From the NCBI RefSeq assembly GCF_004010195.1, contig NC_057718.1:72719615-72739614 (forward strand): 20,000 nt of DNA. Direction: 5' to 3'. Of the stretch, positions 1 through 9,611 are shown one piece after another. Position 1 is the first letter of the stretch; every line of letters begins with the position of its first letter. Source of the DNA: Chiloscyllium plagiosum. Its lineage: Eukaryota. The notes below the pieces were generated by a model. That model worked only from the letters and a program-made list of their open reading frames with translations, was not told the DNA's origin and did not search any database. A program made the translations under genes and the position numbers.

Positions 1-338
1 GAACAGATGTGATTTTCTAAAGCACGATGTTGCAGAGGAACACAATTGTCATGTTATAGCATAAGCTGAGTTATGAGCCTTAATTTGGTTGCTACAAGCA
101 AAAAGTTTAATTGTTTCAGAATTTGATTGTGTTTTAGAATTCCTTGATGAGTAGCTAAATTAAAGGCTGCTTGTGGTAATTTATGCACAACAATACCTAA
201 TTGGGAATGTCAAAGTGTAAGTATCTGGACTGGTACACAGTAAAAGTGTTGCAATAGTGTACCCTCAAATTTCATCACCTAGGATGGAATCCAACTACTG
301 CCATGAATGTCCTGGAGAAGAGAGGAAATAGGATTTAG

Positions 339-965
339 GCTTCTTGTCTTTCTTGCGCAGTGCCAGCAGATCAAAGATGACCTGCTTCCACTCTGATTCA
401 ATTGATACTGAGACAGCTAAGTCAAATAGGCAATTTTCAAAGTGGGCAGGGGTGCTTAAAGGGTTAAGTTGGAGGTTTCTACTCTCCCTCCAATATGTCA
501 AATTCACCTCTGCATGTTTGCAATGAGGTTTCTTGATGTGTTTACTGATTTCCCAAATTAGTCTCCATTTTGGTTTGAAACAAGCCAGGATCACTGAGTT
601 AATATGTATGTTTCAGCTCTTCAGGGATGCTTTGAGGCCATCCCTGAAGTATTTCTGCTGCATACTTGGCAGCTTTCTAACATGACTGTATTCAGAATAC
701 AGCAACTGTGTCAAGTACCGGTTATCATATATATGAACAGGTCCCATAGAGAGGAGATGGTGTGAATAATTAATGCCTCAATGATGTCAGGTTTCTTGAG
801 TTAGGAGACCTGTTGTTGGACCACATTTCTTGTCACTTTTTTTTTGAAAGATCTTGCATCTTGCGAAGGCACTACTTGTGATGCATGGTATCAGTGTCAG
901 CCTTGAATTACAATTGATAAGGTGAGAACTTTGCAATTTCAGTGGTGTAAGGCATGTGTCTTTCT
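339..965 (-). mobile_element. Degenerate RTE-clade LINE, 3' end of ORF plus tail
   Basis: Broken minus-strand translation gives 'CLRKM..', 'YLTQLLYSEY..QQKYFRDGLKASLKS' and 'KWRLIWE', which match the RTE C-terminal pattern (LPKQLLYSEL..RKRFKDTLKASLK..WR). It ends in gagtggaagcaggtcatc...aagaaagacaagaag, an RTE-type tail. Many stops and frameshifts. Confidence 0.7.
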
Positions 966-1289
966 GATATTTATTTCTGTTACTAGCTAACTAGGAGTTT
1001 GAGATTGATTTATTATTGTCACATCCAATCTCTCTGCTTCTAATGACCAGGAGTGCTGAAACACCACTAAATTCCCATACACTAGTCCACTGCAGCTGTT
1101 AAATGGGACATCAATCAGAACCTGATTTGATTCTCTACCTTTCCCTAATGTTCTGTCTACTCTTCCGAAAAGGAAGAGGAACATTTCTGAGTGACTGTAT
1201 TAGCATATATTCAGTTAATAAATATTTATATTTGGTGAAGGAGAGGACTGTAATTGTAAACGAATCAAAGCTAGTGGTAACAGTGAATG

Positions 1290-1580
1290 GGTGGGGATGT
1301 GAAGGAAGTGAATAATTGCATGGTAGGTGAGTGGAATGAACACTGCGAGGAGCAACAGGGTAGAGGGTAATGGTTGACAAGGGACAGTGATGTGCACAAC
1401 AGGGTACAGTGAAACTGTACTCACCTCATTTATCTGCTTAAGCTCTTCCACACTGATTTAAGGAACATCGTACTAAGCTGCTCATCTTTTGACCACCTTC
1501 AGCTGCAATTTCTTTGCTGTTGGTTCTTCTAACTTGTTGGGAAGCACTACTTTGATGCGATGCCTCAATATACACAGAAC
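1290..1580 (-). pseudogene. Possible relic of a Harbinger/PIF-type Myb/SANT (trihelix) gene exon
   Basis: One minus frame reads QQVRRTNSKEIAAEGGQKMSSLVRCSLNQCGRA*, loosely like the 'W.EIA..V...R...QC' trihelix motif. It is followed by a strong donor GAG|GTGAGT at 1425/1424 and a CT-rich intron-like tract. Degenerate. Confidence 0.3.
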
Positions 1581-1989
1581 TACATTAAGTGATAATAATC
1601 CCAATGCACAGATCTCTACGGTCTTGAAACTTCTTCATTTCTTGGTTCAACCTGCTAATTCCTCCAAATTGTTTGTTTAGATTGGCATCGAGATCTCATG
1701 CAGGTCAGCACCATGCTTGTTGCCACATACATTTGGAGCAAACCAAAAGTTTCATTCTAATTGGATGGTAGGGTTAAAATGCCACAGTCAACCTCAAAGC
1801 TCTTTCAGGATTCTCATTCCACAGCTTCAATCCTGTCTCAAAGTTGTAGCCCCAATTGTAATATGGAGAAATTCAACAAATAATTTACAAACAAATGTTC
1901 CCAGACATAGTAATTAGATACATGGCCAGATACACTGTTCAAGTGATGATAGCTTGGACACTGGAAGAAATCTCAGCTCATTTTCAAAG

Positions 1990-2170
1990 AGTGCAGAGCA
2001 ATGTTTTAGCCACAGCAAGAAAAGCAGATGGGCATCAATTTGACATGTTGTCTCAATGGCATCACCACCGAAAGTACAGCAGCATCTCACTATGGCACTA
2101 AAGTGTCATACTGGGATGACGTGCTCAAATGCTTATAGTAAAGCCCTGAAATAAGATGCCACCAACTTCA
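1990..2170 (-). mobile_element. Old SINE remnant (Deu-SINE/SacSINE1-like)
   Basis: gcagatgggcatcaatttgacatg...gcagcatctcactatggcactaaagtgtcatactggg...gtgctcaa resembles the reverse complement of the shark Deu-SINE body. Highly diverged. Confidence 0.35.
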
Positions 2171-2760
2171 ATACCATCAAGAATCTTTTAATCCTTTAGT
2201 GTGCTTTGCCATTCACCCATGCGCCTTAACCTGCTCATACTGATTTCCCATTTATAATTCTTACATATTGTTGCGATGCTGCTGTTGCCTCACTCACATT
2301 TATCCTTCACCTCAAAACAATATGATCTTTGTTCTAATTTCTAATGCTGAAGTACCATCCTTGATATATTATTTTGGATTCCAGTTGATTTTTTAAAAAT
2401 CCTGTAGCTTTTATATCATTAATTTAAAACTCTCCTACTTCTGGACCATTATGAAAATGGCTACTTTTGAAAAATCGTTTACTCTATCAATTTCCAATGT
2501 GAACTTAGATTCTGGTCATTATTTCCTAAATATTTTCTAATCTTTGAGCTGCTAATTTATTTTGTAATGTTATACATAACGAGACTGAGCACACTATAAT
2601 TCCTTGTTGGACGTGCAGCTATATTTGCAAACCAAGAATAATACATTGGCAACAAACATTTGGATGATTCCAACCTTTCTTTAGTCAACCTGTGCTACAC
2701 AACTCAATGTAGAAAATTACAAAGTGATAAAAATCTAAAACATTGGAATAATTAGTATAC

Positions 2761-2870
2761 CTGAATCAGGAGGTCCTTGGAAAAGTTATTAAAATAGTAG
2801 ATTGCATGCTCCTCTGGATTACTATGTCTGGTGCTTCTGGGGCCTATGACACAACCATTGTTATCAAAAC
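2761..2870 (-). CDS. DOP1A: DOP1A (DOPEY1) coding exon, 110 nt
   Basis: Acceptor atttatttAG|GT and donor CAG|GTatac. Phase-1 start. Translates (G)FDNNGCVIGPRSTRHSNPEEHAIYYFNNFSKDLLIQ, in frame with the 5428-5329 exon and matching vertebrate DOP1A (FDNNG..IGPRSTRHSNPEEHA.YYF). Confidence 0.93.
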
Positions 2871-2986
2871 CTAAATAAATTGAAGAACAGAGACTTAACC
2901 ATGCGCACAAATAAAATGTGTATCTAAATGTCTACTATAACACTTAGCTGATCTTTCTAAATTATTTCAATTTTTTTTTTACTTAC

Positions 2987-3135
2987 CAAATGGTAATCCA
3001 TTGAAGGAAAGCAAAAGAGTCACACACAGTTAATCAATACTAATCATTCACACTCAAAAGTCATGAATCACATTGATAGTTTACAGACTATATTTATTGA
3101 AACATCTAAAATTGACTCTTGGGAGCACTTTTGGC
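2987..3135 (-). other. DOP1A: Candidate cassette (poison) or alternative terminal exon in DOP1A intron, 149 nt
   Basis: About 70-nt AG-free, mostly pyrimidine-rich tract ending ccAG|GCC (AG at 3137-3136). Consensus donor TTG|GTAAGT at 2987/2986. Stops in all three frames. AATAAA at 3098-3093. No expression evidence. Confidence 0.45.
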
Positions 3136-3689
3136 CTGGATCAGAAGATTGCCCGATTCAGGTGCAGGGAGCAAGTGAGGAAATAAAAGTGAGACAGCAA
3201 GAGTGTGTCTCACGGAGCAAGCATAAACATTCATTTGAATCCGAACAGAGGGAGTCAGCCACCAAACACAGACACAAACAACCGCACATCCCTGCATGCA
3301 TTCCACTGAGGTTAATGTACTCGACCAAACTCCTTGGCTCTTCCCCAGTCTTTTGCCCCTTCCCTTGTGATCAAGACACGGAAGTCAGTCTATTTTTCCC
3401 TTTCTTATGTTGTTCTTCTTAATTAACCAAAAAAGGTTTAATCAGTTTCTTGACATTTTAAAAATAGTCATAGTTATTAATAACTCATTTTTAAAAATGC
3501 TCATATTATTGCTTTAGCATTTCTTTTGCTTAGCGGCTGATTTGCTTTCTCCAATTCAACTTATATTTTGAAATTCATGTTTAATGTCATGCCAAACCTT
3601 ATCTTTCTGAAATTGAGAAGAAATTGAAGTGTGGCCCCTCACATGAAAAGTTTTTAGTTTCAAGAGCAAATAAACCTTGTCTTCAACGA

Positions 3690-4170
3690 CATGAAACATT
3701 AGTTAGACTGCTTTTGGAGTCAGGTGTGCAATCCTGGTCTTCTTCTCTTAGGCAGAGTATATTTGCCATTGTGGAGTGGCTCACCAAGCTGATTCCCAGG
3801 ATGATGGGACCATCCTGCGAGAAGAGATTGAGGAGTCTGGTCCTGTACTCTCATGAGTTTAAAACAATGAAAGACCACCTCATAAATTCTTAATGACATA
3901 AATAGAATAAGTGTAGAAAGGATTTTTCCCCCAGCTGTGGGATCTAGAACCAAGAACCAAACAGACTCAGAAAAGAAAGGCAAACCATGTATAAGGTGCA
4001 AGACAAGGATGAATTTCTTCACTCGGGGAGTAGTAATTGTTTGTAATTCCTTCCTCCAGACACTGTGGAGTTGATTCATTAAGTTCAATTCAGAGATCTA
4101 CAAACTAACAACATCAAGAGATAAAAGGATACTAAGGGAATATAGCAGTGAGGCAGATGATTAGCAATAT
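3690..4170 (+). mobile_element. CR1-clade LINE 3' fragment, decayed
   Basis: WSSSLRQSIFAIVE.LTKLIPRMMGPSCEKRLRSLVLYSHEFKTMK matches the CR1 ORF2 C-terminus (WSP.LR.DI.ALE.VQRRFTRLIPGM.GLSYEERL..LGLYSLEFRRMR). Confidence 0.75.
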
Positions 4171-4179
4171 GGAAATAAA

Positions 4180-5120
4180 AGTGACTGAGTGATGGGAAAT
4201 AGAAAATAATGGTCAATGGATGTTTTTCAATTGTTAGGTTTGTAGTGCAGTTCCCCAGGAGTTGATATCGGGACCTTTGTTAATAATACAGATAGAATTT
4301 CCAAGTTTGCAGATGACTCAAAATTTTTGAAGAATTATAAATGGTGAGGAAGATAATCTGGAACTCCAAAAGGACATTGACAAGTTGGTAGGGTAGGAGG
4401 ATAGGTAGTGGATGAGGTGTAATGCAGAGAAGAGTGAGGTGACAGAGTTTGATTGGGACCACATAAGTTATGGGTATTGTGAACAGATCCATGAAGGTGG
4501 CAGCACAAGTGAAGAGAACAGCTGGTAAACTATAAGGTGCCCTCCATTTTATTAACAGGCGAATACAGCACAAGAATAATGAGGCGATGCTCGCCATAAT
4601 GCTGAAACCTCTATGAAGCTCTGGTTAGGCCCCAAGTAGACTCTTGTTTCCGATACTACACATCTCACTTTACTAACAAGGTAAGGATCCTTAAGGCAAG
4701 AGGAGACTTACCAGAATGGATGAAGGATTTTAGTTGCAAGGATAGGTTTGAAAAGTGGGGATTTTATTTCTTATAGCAAAGGAGGTTGAGGGAAGATTTA
4801 ATACAAGTTCAGTATATTATGAAAAACTTAGATAATGTAGCCAAAAATAACTGCTTCCATTAGCAGATAAAGACTAGAGGGTTTGGACTAGAGATTAAGG
4901 GAGAATGTAAGGAATTATATTGTTACACAGTAAATTAAAATAAACTTGCTGCTCACAAAAATTGTGGAAGCAAAAGTAGCCAAAGCTTGAAAGGAAACTG
5001 GATGAAATCTTGAAGTAACAACCTTGCATGATCAAGCAGAGAAAGTGGGACGGAGGATTGCTGTGTGGGGAATTGGTTGGTCAGATGGTTTCCTACATTG
5101 CTGTAAATGACTATGATGTC
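4180..5120 (+). mobile_element. CR1-clade LINE fragment (RT to 3' end), decayed
   Basis: gttccccaggagttgatatcgggacct (VPQG..LGP region) and tccaagtttgcagatgactcaaaa (SKFADDSK) at about 4300-4323. CR1-type 3' end ...ctgtaaatgactatgat. Confidence 0.75.
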
Positions 5121-5328
5121 ATGGAGTGCTTCCTTATGATGAGCAGATAAATGAACTTACTTTACTGGAGGAATGTAGGATCCCAGTATTTGAAATACAA
5201 ACTTTACATCAACATTCACTACATCTCCTTATGGGTTTCATATAAACCTGCCAGTGTTAAAGCACAGTTGGTGAGCTAAATGCATTTGCTGTTTTAAGTA
5301 CATGCATATGTGGATGATTCTAACTCAC

Positions 5329-5428
5329 CAAGGAGCCAGGCGTAAAGTCTACGGTTGAGAGACATATCTCTCCGAAGTACTACGTGTAGAGCTGCAGACA
5401 ATATCTGGATCATGTCTGGGCGAGTTGC
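5329..5428 (-). CDS. DOP1A: DOP1A (DOPEY1) coding exon, 100 nt
   Basis: Acceptor tttttttcttcccaaatAG|GCA and donor TTG|GTGAGT. Translates [33 protein letters not shown](G), which contains the Dopey family signature [13 protein letters not shown]. Phase 0 in, phase 1 out. Confidence 0.96.
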
Positions 5429-5564
5429 CTATTTGGGAAGAAAAAAACCATTTCCAGTAATATGGATGATTTAAAGCTGAAAGACATTTGTGCCATTGGA
5501 AGAAAATGTTTTATCCATGCTATTTTCTTTGCAAGGTCCTCCCTCCAAATTAATTCACACCATC

Positions 5565-5760
5565 TTTACTGTGCATTCAAGCCAGAGAACTTGAGGACTT
5601 AATCTAGGCTGATACTCCAAAAACATCGATGCAAAACTGGAAACGTACATTGCTCGAGATTATGTCCTTCAGTATATTAGACTTAAACTGCTTGCCAACA
5701 CAGGTAAATATTATAACATTATCCTCGATTGGGAAAACATTAACATCAGTATTGTAATCT
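5565..5760 (+). mobile_element. Old SINE remnant (Deu-SINE/SacSINE1-like)
   Basis: ttcaagccagagaacttgaggacttaatctaggctgatactcca resembles the B-box and following body of shark Deu-SINEs. Diverged. Confidence 0.4.
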
Positions 5761-5769
5761 ACAGACTCA

Positions 5770-6088
5770 GACTAAAACAAGATGTGGGTTTAAATCCCAC
5801 CACAAGAACTGGTGCAACTTAAATTCAAATTGATAAAATCTGGATTTGAAAGTCTCGGCAATTATGATCGGAATATCATTAATTATCATAAAATTCTGTC
5901 TGATTCAATGATGTCCTTTAGATAAGATGTGCTTCCCATACTCGGTTTGGCCTACATCCATGGCAATGTGGTTGACTCTTAGTTGGCCTCTGCAATGGCC
6001 TGGCAGGCCTCTCAAGTTCAGGGCCAATTAGGGAGTGGCAACAAATGCTGGCCATACTGGCAATGCTCATATCCCATAAAAGAATGAC
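5770..6088 (+). mobile_element. tRNA-derived shark SINE
   Basis: B-box-like gggtttaaatccc at about 5786-5798. Tail ggcaacaaatgctggccatactggcaatgctcatatcccataaaagaatga is typical of a common shark/fish retroposon 3' end. Confidence 0.6.
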
Positions 6089-6339
6089 ATTCTTTCAGAG
6101 CTTGAAGCACAAAGTTCCTTCTATCAGCCATCACAAAGATATTAAACAGTCAGTGTGTCCAACTAGTGATTACAGGACTTAACAAATGTTTTAAAACTGC
6201 CACTATGCCCTTCAAAATCGTAACTGCATCTCAAAAGTTAAATCCAACAATGACTGATCAAACCATTACAAGGAAATACTTGGTCTACAGCATGAAAACA
6301 GATCACTGTTCAGCTACTGGTCTCTGCTACACATGAGTA

Positions 6340-7000
6340 TCCTCCTGCCTTTCTTAATCCAAATATAAACAGCACATCATTCAATTTCTTTTGACTCTTT
6401 CTGCTAGGATGTCCCACATTCTTATCCTTCTTTAGAGAAAGGAATTTCTCCCAAGTTTCCCACTGGATTTGTGAACAATAATCACTTTCGGCCTCTAGGT
6501 ACCCTTCAGGGTTCTCTATTCTGTCCATGCAGTTCAACATTTCCGAATAAGTACATCTTCACAGTTTCAGTATCATCCTTCAACATTAAAGAAAGTGCAA
6601 ACAAAGTCCCTCCACATCCTTTCTATATTGTAGGAACCAGAACTGTGCCCAGATAAGTATGGGTCAATCAACATATAAGATGAATAGGAAATCACTACTT
6701 TTAAATTTTATTCCTTTAGAAATGTTTGGTCTGCTTTTCAAAGAAAATTTTCCAACCATCTTTGCTATGCTTAACAGTTCCTGTATCTGTGTTCCTTACT
6801 TTGTAGACCCATTTAAGCTTATGATCAAAGCAGTACACAGTATCCTTTATCTTCCTACCGAAACCTACCATCTTAGTTATAGATAATGGAATTTACAAGT
6901 TTGCATTAATATCTCATTGTATTTTACTGCAGGAATTCAATGTGGTAAATTTGTGTCACCAATTTTATTCACAACATTTTGTAGATGTTTTTGCACTGCA
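6340..7000 (-). mobile_element. Very old CR1-like LINE fragment
   Basis: catcctttctatattgtaggaaccagaactgtgc is the reverse complement of the CR1 'QFWSP' region. aaatttgtgtcacc resembles the reverse complement of the DDTK motif. Confidence 0.45.
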
Positions 7001-7096
7001 TCTTTGAAACACAGAAACATAGGAAACACGAACAGGTATAGGCCATTTGGCCTTGCTCTGCCATCCAATACGATCATGGCTGTTCATTCAACTCAG

Positions 7097-7215
7097 TAAA
7101 AACAAATACTGTAGATGCTGGAAATCCAAAATAAACACAGAATGCTGGATAAACTCAGTATGTCTCGCAGCACCTGTGCAAACAGAAACAGAGTTTCATT
7201 CATCTCTGAACTCTG
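7097..7215 (-). mobile_element. Penelope-like element terminal (pLTR) fragment
   Basis: aaaacaaatactgtagatgctggaaa...gcagcacctgtg. The same motif occurs at 19021-19046 next to the Penelope RT, and a related piece at about 17715-17775. Confidence 0.55.
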
Positions 7216-7222
7216 ATCCTTT

Positions 7223-7888
7223 TTTGCAAGGTTTGTAGCTCAGGTTGAGGTTTAGGGTATAGGTTTGCTCGCTGAGCTGTAGGTTTGATATCCAGACATT
7301 TCATTATCTGGCTAGCTAACATCATCAGTGGCGACCTCCAAGTGAAGCGAAGCTGTTGTCTCCTGCTTTCTATTTCTATGTTTGTCCTGGATGGGGTTCC
7401 TGGGGTTTATGGTGATGTCATTTCCTGTTCATTTTCTGAGCGGTTGTTGGATGGTATCTAGATCTGTGTTTATATGGCATTGTGGTTGGAGTGCCAGGCC
7501 TCTAGGAATTCTCTGGCATGTCTTTGCTTAGCCTGTCCCAGGATAGATGTGTTGTCCCAGTCGAAATGGTGGGTTTTTTTGACTGGGACAACACATCTAT
7601 CCTGGGACAGGCTAAGCAAAGACATGCCAGAGAATTCCTAGAGGCCTGGCACTCCAACCACAACGCCATAAACACAGATCTAGATACCATCTATCAACCC
7701 CTCAGAAAATGAACAGGAAATGACATCACCACAAACCCCAGGAACCCATCCAGGACAAACATATAAATAGAAAGCAGGAGACAACAGCTTCGCCTCACTT
7801 GGAGGTCGCCACTGATGTTTACTAGCCAGGTATGGAAATGTCTGGATATCAAACCTACAGCTCAGCGAGCAAACCTACATCCTAAACC
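7223..7888. mobile_element. Inverted pair of Penelope-like element 3' ends (GIY-YIG C-terminus plus pLTR)
   Basis: Arms 7249-7566 and 7577-7888 are reverse complements around a 10-nt spacer. The right arm encodes FDWDNTSILGQAKQRHAREFLEAWHS..AIN, a PLE GIY-YIG endonuclease C-terminus. Confidence 0.88.
7292..7336 (-). ncRNA. Minimal hammerhead-ribozyme-like motif in pLTR (degenerate)
   Basis: Minus strand reads CTGATGA-tgttagctagccagataat-GAAA-tgtc. Minimal hammerheads are an established feature of PLE pLTRs. The mirror copy at about 7812-7842 has a damaged core. Confidence 0.5.
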
Positions 7889-8747
7889 CTTTGATCCCTT
7901 TAACCTCAAGACTATATCCAACTCCTCCTCGATAGCATTCGATACTTTGGCCTCAACTGCTTTCTGGAGCAGAGAATTCCACAGGCTCTATGTGAAGAAA
8001 TTTCTCATCTCAGTCCTAAATGGCCTAACCTGTATCCTTAGATTATTACCGCCGGTTCTAGACTCCAATACTTTTATATTACAAATGTAAAGCGATAAAG
8101 TCATTAGAGTTTGTTCCCTATGTCTTTATATACAGTAATCATGATCATTCTGCTCATGGTCTGGAATTATCCACCTTCCTAACTAGTTTTTACATGGTCA
8201 CTGTGCTCTGTCTTCCCTAACTTCTTTTAATGTATGTAGGTGTAATCCACTTATAGCTGATATTTAATCCTCTTTAGCATACACAGTATCCATTAAGTTC
8301 TATCAAGCTTTCTTGTATTTGATTTAATTCGTTTTATGCATACTTTTTGCACAATATGTTGGAAATATACATGGAACAGAGGATATCAAAAACATAACTC
8401 ACCACTTTAATTCAATAATCTGCACCAAGTTCTACACTTAAGGAAGGCACAATGAAACATATGATATGATAAATGCATCACCCATTACCAACACCTTTCA
8501 CTCATGAACAACAATTTTAAGTTGTGAAAGTACTAGTAATGCTTCACTAATACCCCAACATCTTCAGCACTGATAGAAGCTGAAAACCAGGACTAAACAT
8601 CATTCTTTAAGCTGACAAAGTCTCATGAACTGACAGAGATTCTTCAGTACTGTAAAATTCTATGAATTAATCCAAATATTACACATATTGCAGCCAAGTG
8701 TGACAGCATCATTAATTTTCTAAATTTACAAATTATAGCAAATATAC

Positions 8748-8846
8748 CTGAAACAGATGAAAAGGGAAGCAGAACAGTATGAGATCCAAGGTGCTCCTCT
8801 GCACCAAAGCACTGGAGTCCTGAACTGAAACACTGACTGCTTCAAC
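8748..8846 (-). CDS. DOP1A: DOP1A (DOPEY1) coding exon, 99 nt
   Basis: Acceptor aattctgtAG|GTT and donor CAG|GTatat. Translates VEAVSVSVQDSSALVQRSTLDLILFCFPFHLFQ, phase 0-0, and joins in frame to ATRPDM of the next exon as in vertebrate DOP1A. Confidence 0.94.
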
Positions 8847-9040
8847 CTACAGAATTTTTAAAAAAAGATTAGTTTAGGATCTTGTTTTAGTGAAAACATA
8901 TTAAATCCATTCTGTATTAAAAATCAACTAGGACTGTCACTTCAGCACTCATGAAATCTGCAAGTCAATTCATACAAATGAAGTTAACTACTTTAACCAA
9001 ATGTTCAAACAACCAAAGCTACCTATCCTGCAGGCCAACT

Positions 9041-9147
9041 TAGAGCCATAGGGTCCTAGTGCATGGAGACAGGCCCTTTGGCCCAAAATGGTCCATGCTA
9101 ACCCCATTTGGCCCATATCCTTTTAAACCTTTCTTATCCATGTAACT
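9041..9147 (-). mobile_element. HER1/CR1 extreme 3' fragment
   Basis: catggagacaggccctttggccc...atttggcccatatccttttaaacctttcttatccatgta. Minus translation YMDKKGLKGYGPN is the CR1 ORF2 end. Confidence 0.7.
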
Positions 9148-9611
9148 GACTGAACAAACTGCCAAAGTAGTATTAAGATCACAGCAGCATTTCAATAAAT
9201 ATTTCTCAGCCAAACCAATCCAAGTTATTGCCAATGTGGAATCAATAATAATGCTTTAGAGTAAAAATTTCTTAGAGAACAGTGATAGCAAGATAGGGAT
9301 GTGCTACCACAGGGATCTACCAGAGTAGATGCATGGGGAACAAAATTAAATGTGTAGTAAAAAAGAAAGTGGTGCAAACAAATCTCTGGCAATAGACAGA
9401 CAGATAAAACCGGAACTTGGCAAGTGGAGTGCCACACAGCTAAATAATAGAGAAGCATTAGAGTGGTGATGAAGCATGTCAACGATTGCATAATGGTCAA
9501 AGAAAACCTAATTTCTAACCTGCATGCTGGTTTTAAGATGTACCAATTTTCACAAGTATGCTGCTCTACCTGACAATCATTGCATTTACGTAAACACTAT
9601 TCCTAAATTAA

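Larger units (their letters stand above)
7011..8067 (-). mobile_element. CR1 3' end split by Penelope insertions (pieces 7011-7096 and 7889-8067)
   Basis: agaaacatagga..aggccatttggcc..gatcatggctg..caactcagt is a reverse-complement CR1 tail. It resumes after the palindrome as ttgatcccttt...agagaattccacaggc..gaagaaatttctcatctcagtcctaaatgg. Confidence 0.7.

Noticed and set aside
2987..3035. Branch-point-like ttaac plus pyrimidine tract just before the GTAAGT donor, suggesting a microexon
   Set aside because: There is no AG between the tract and the donor, so it would need a non-canonical acceptor. Not supportable from sequence alone.
3063..3422. 119-aa + strand ORF in unique sequence
   Set aside because: No recognisable domain, and antisense to DOP1A. 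The splice-signal content on the minus strand explains the region better.
7214..7900. tgatcc(t/c)tt on both sides of the palindrome as a TSD
   Set aside because: Short and imperfect. The right copy is native CR1 sequence and the left lies after a separate insert, so it may be coincidental.
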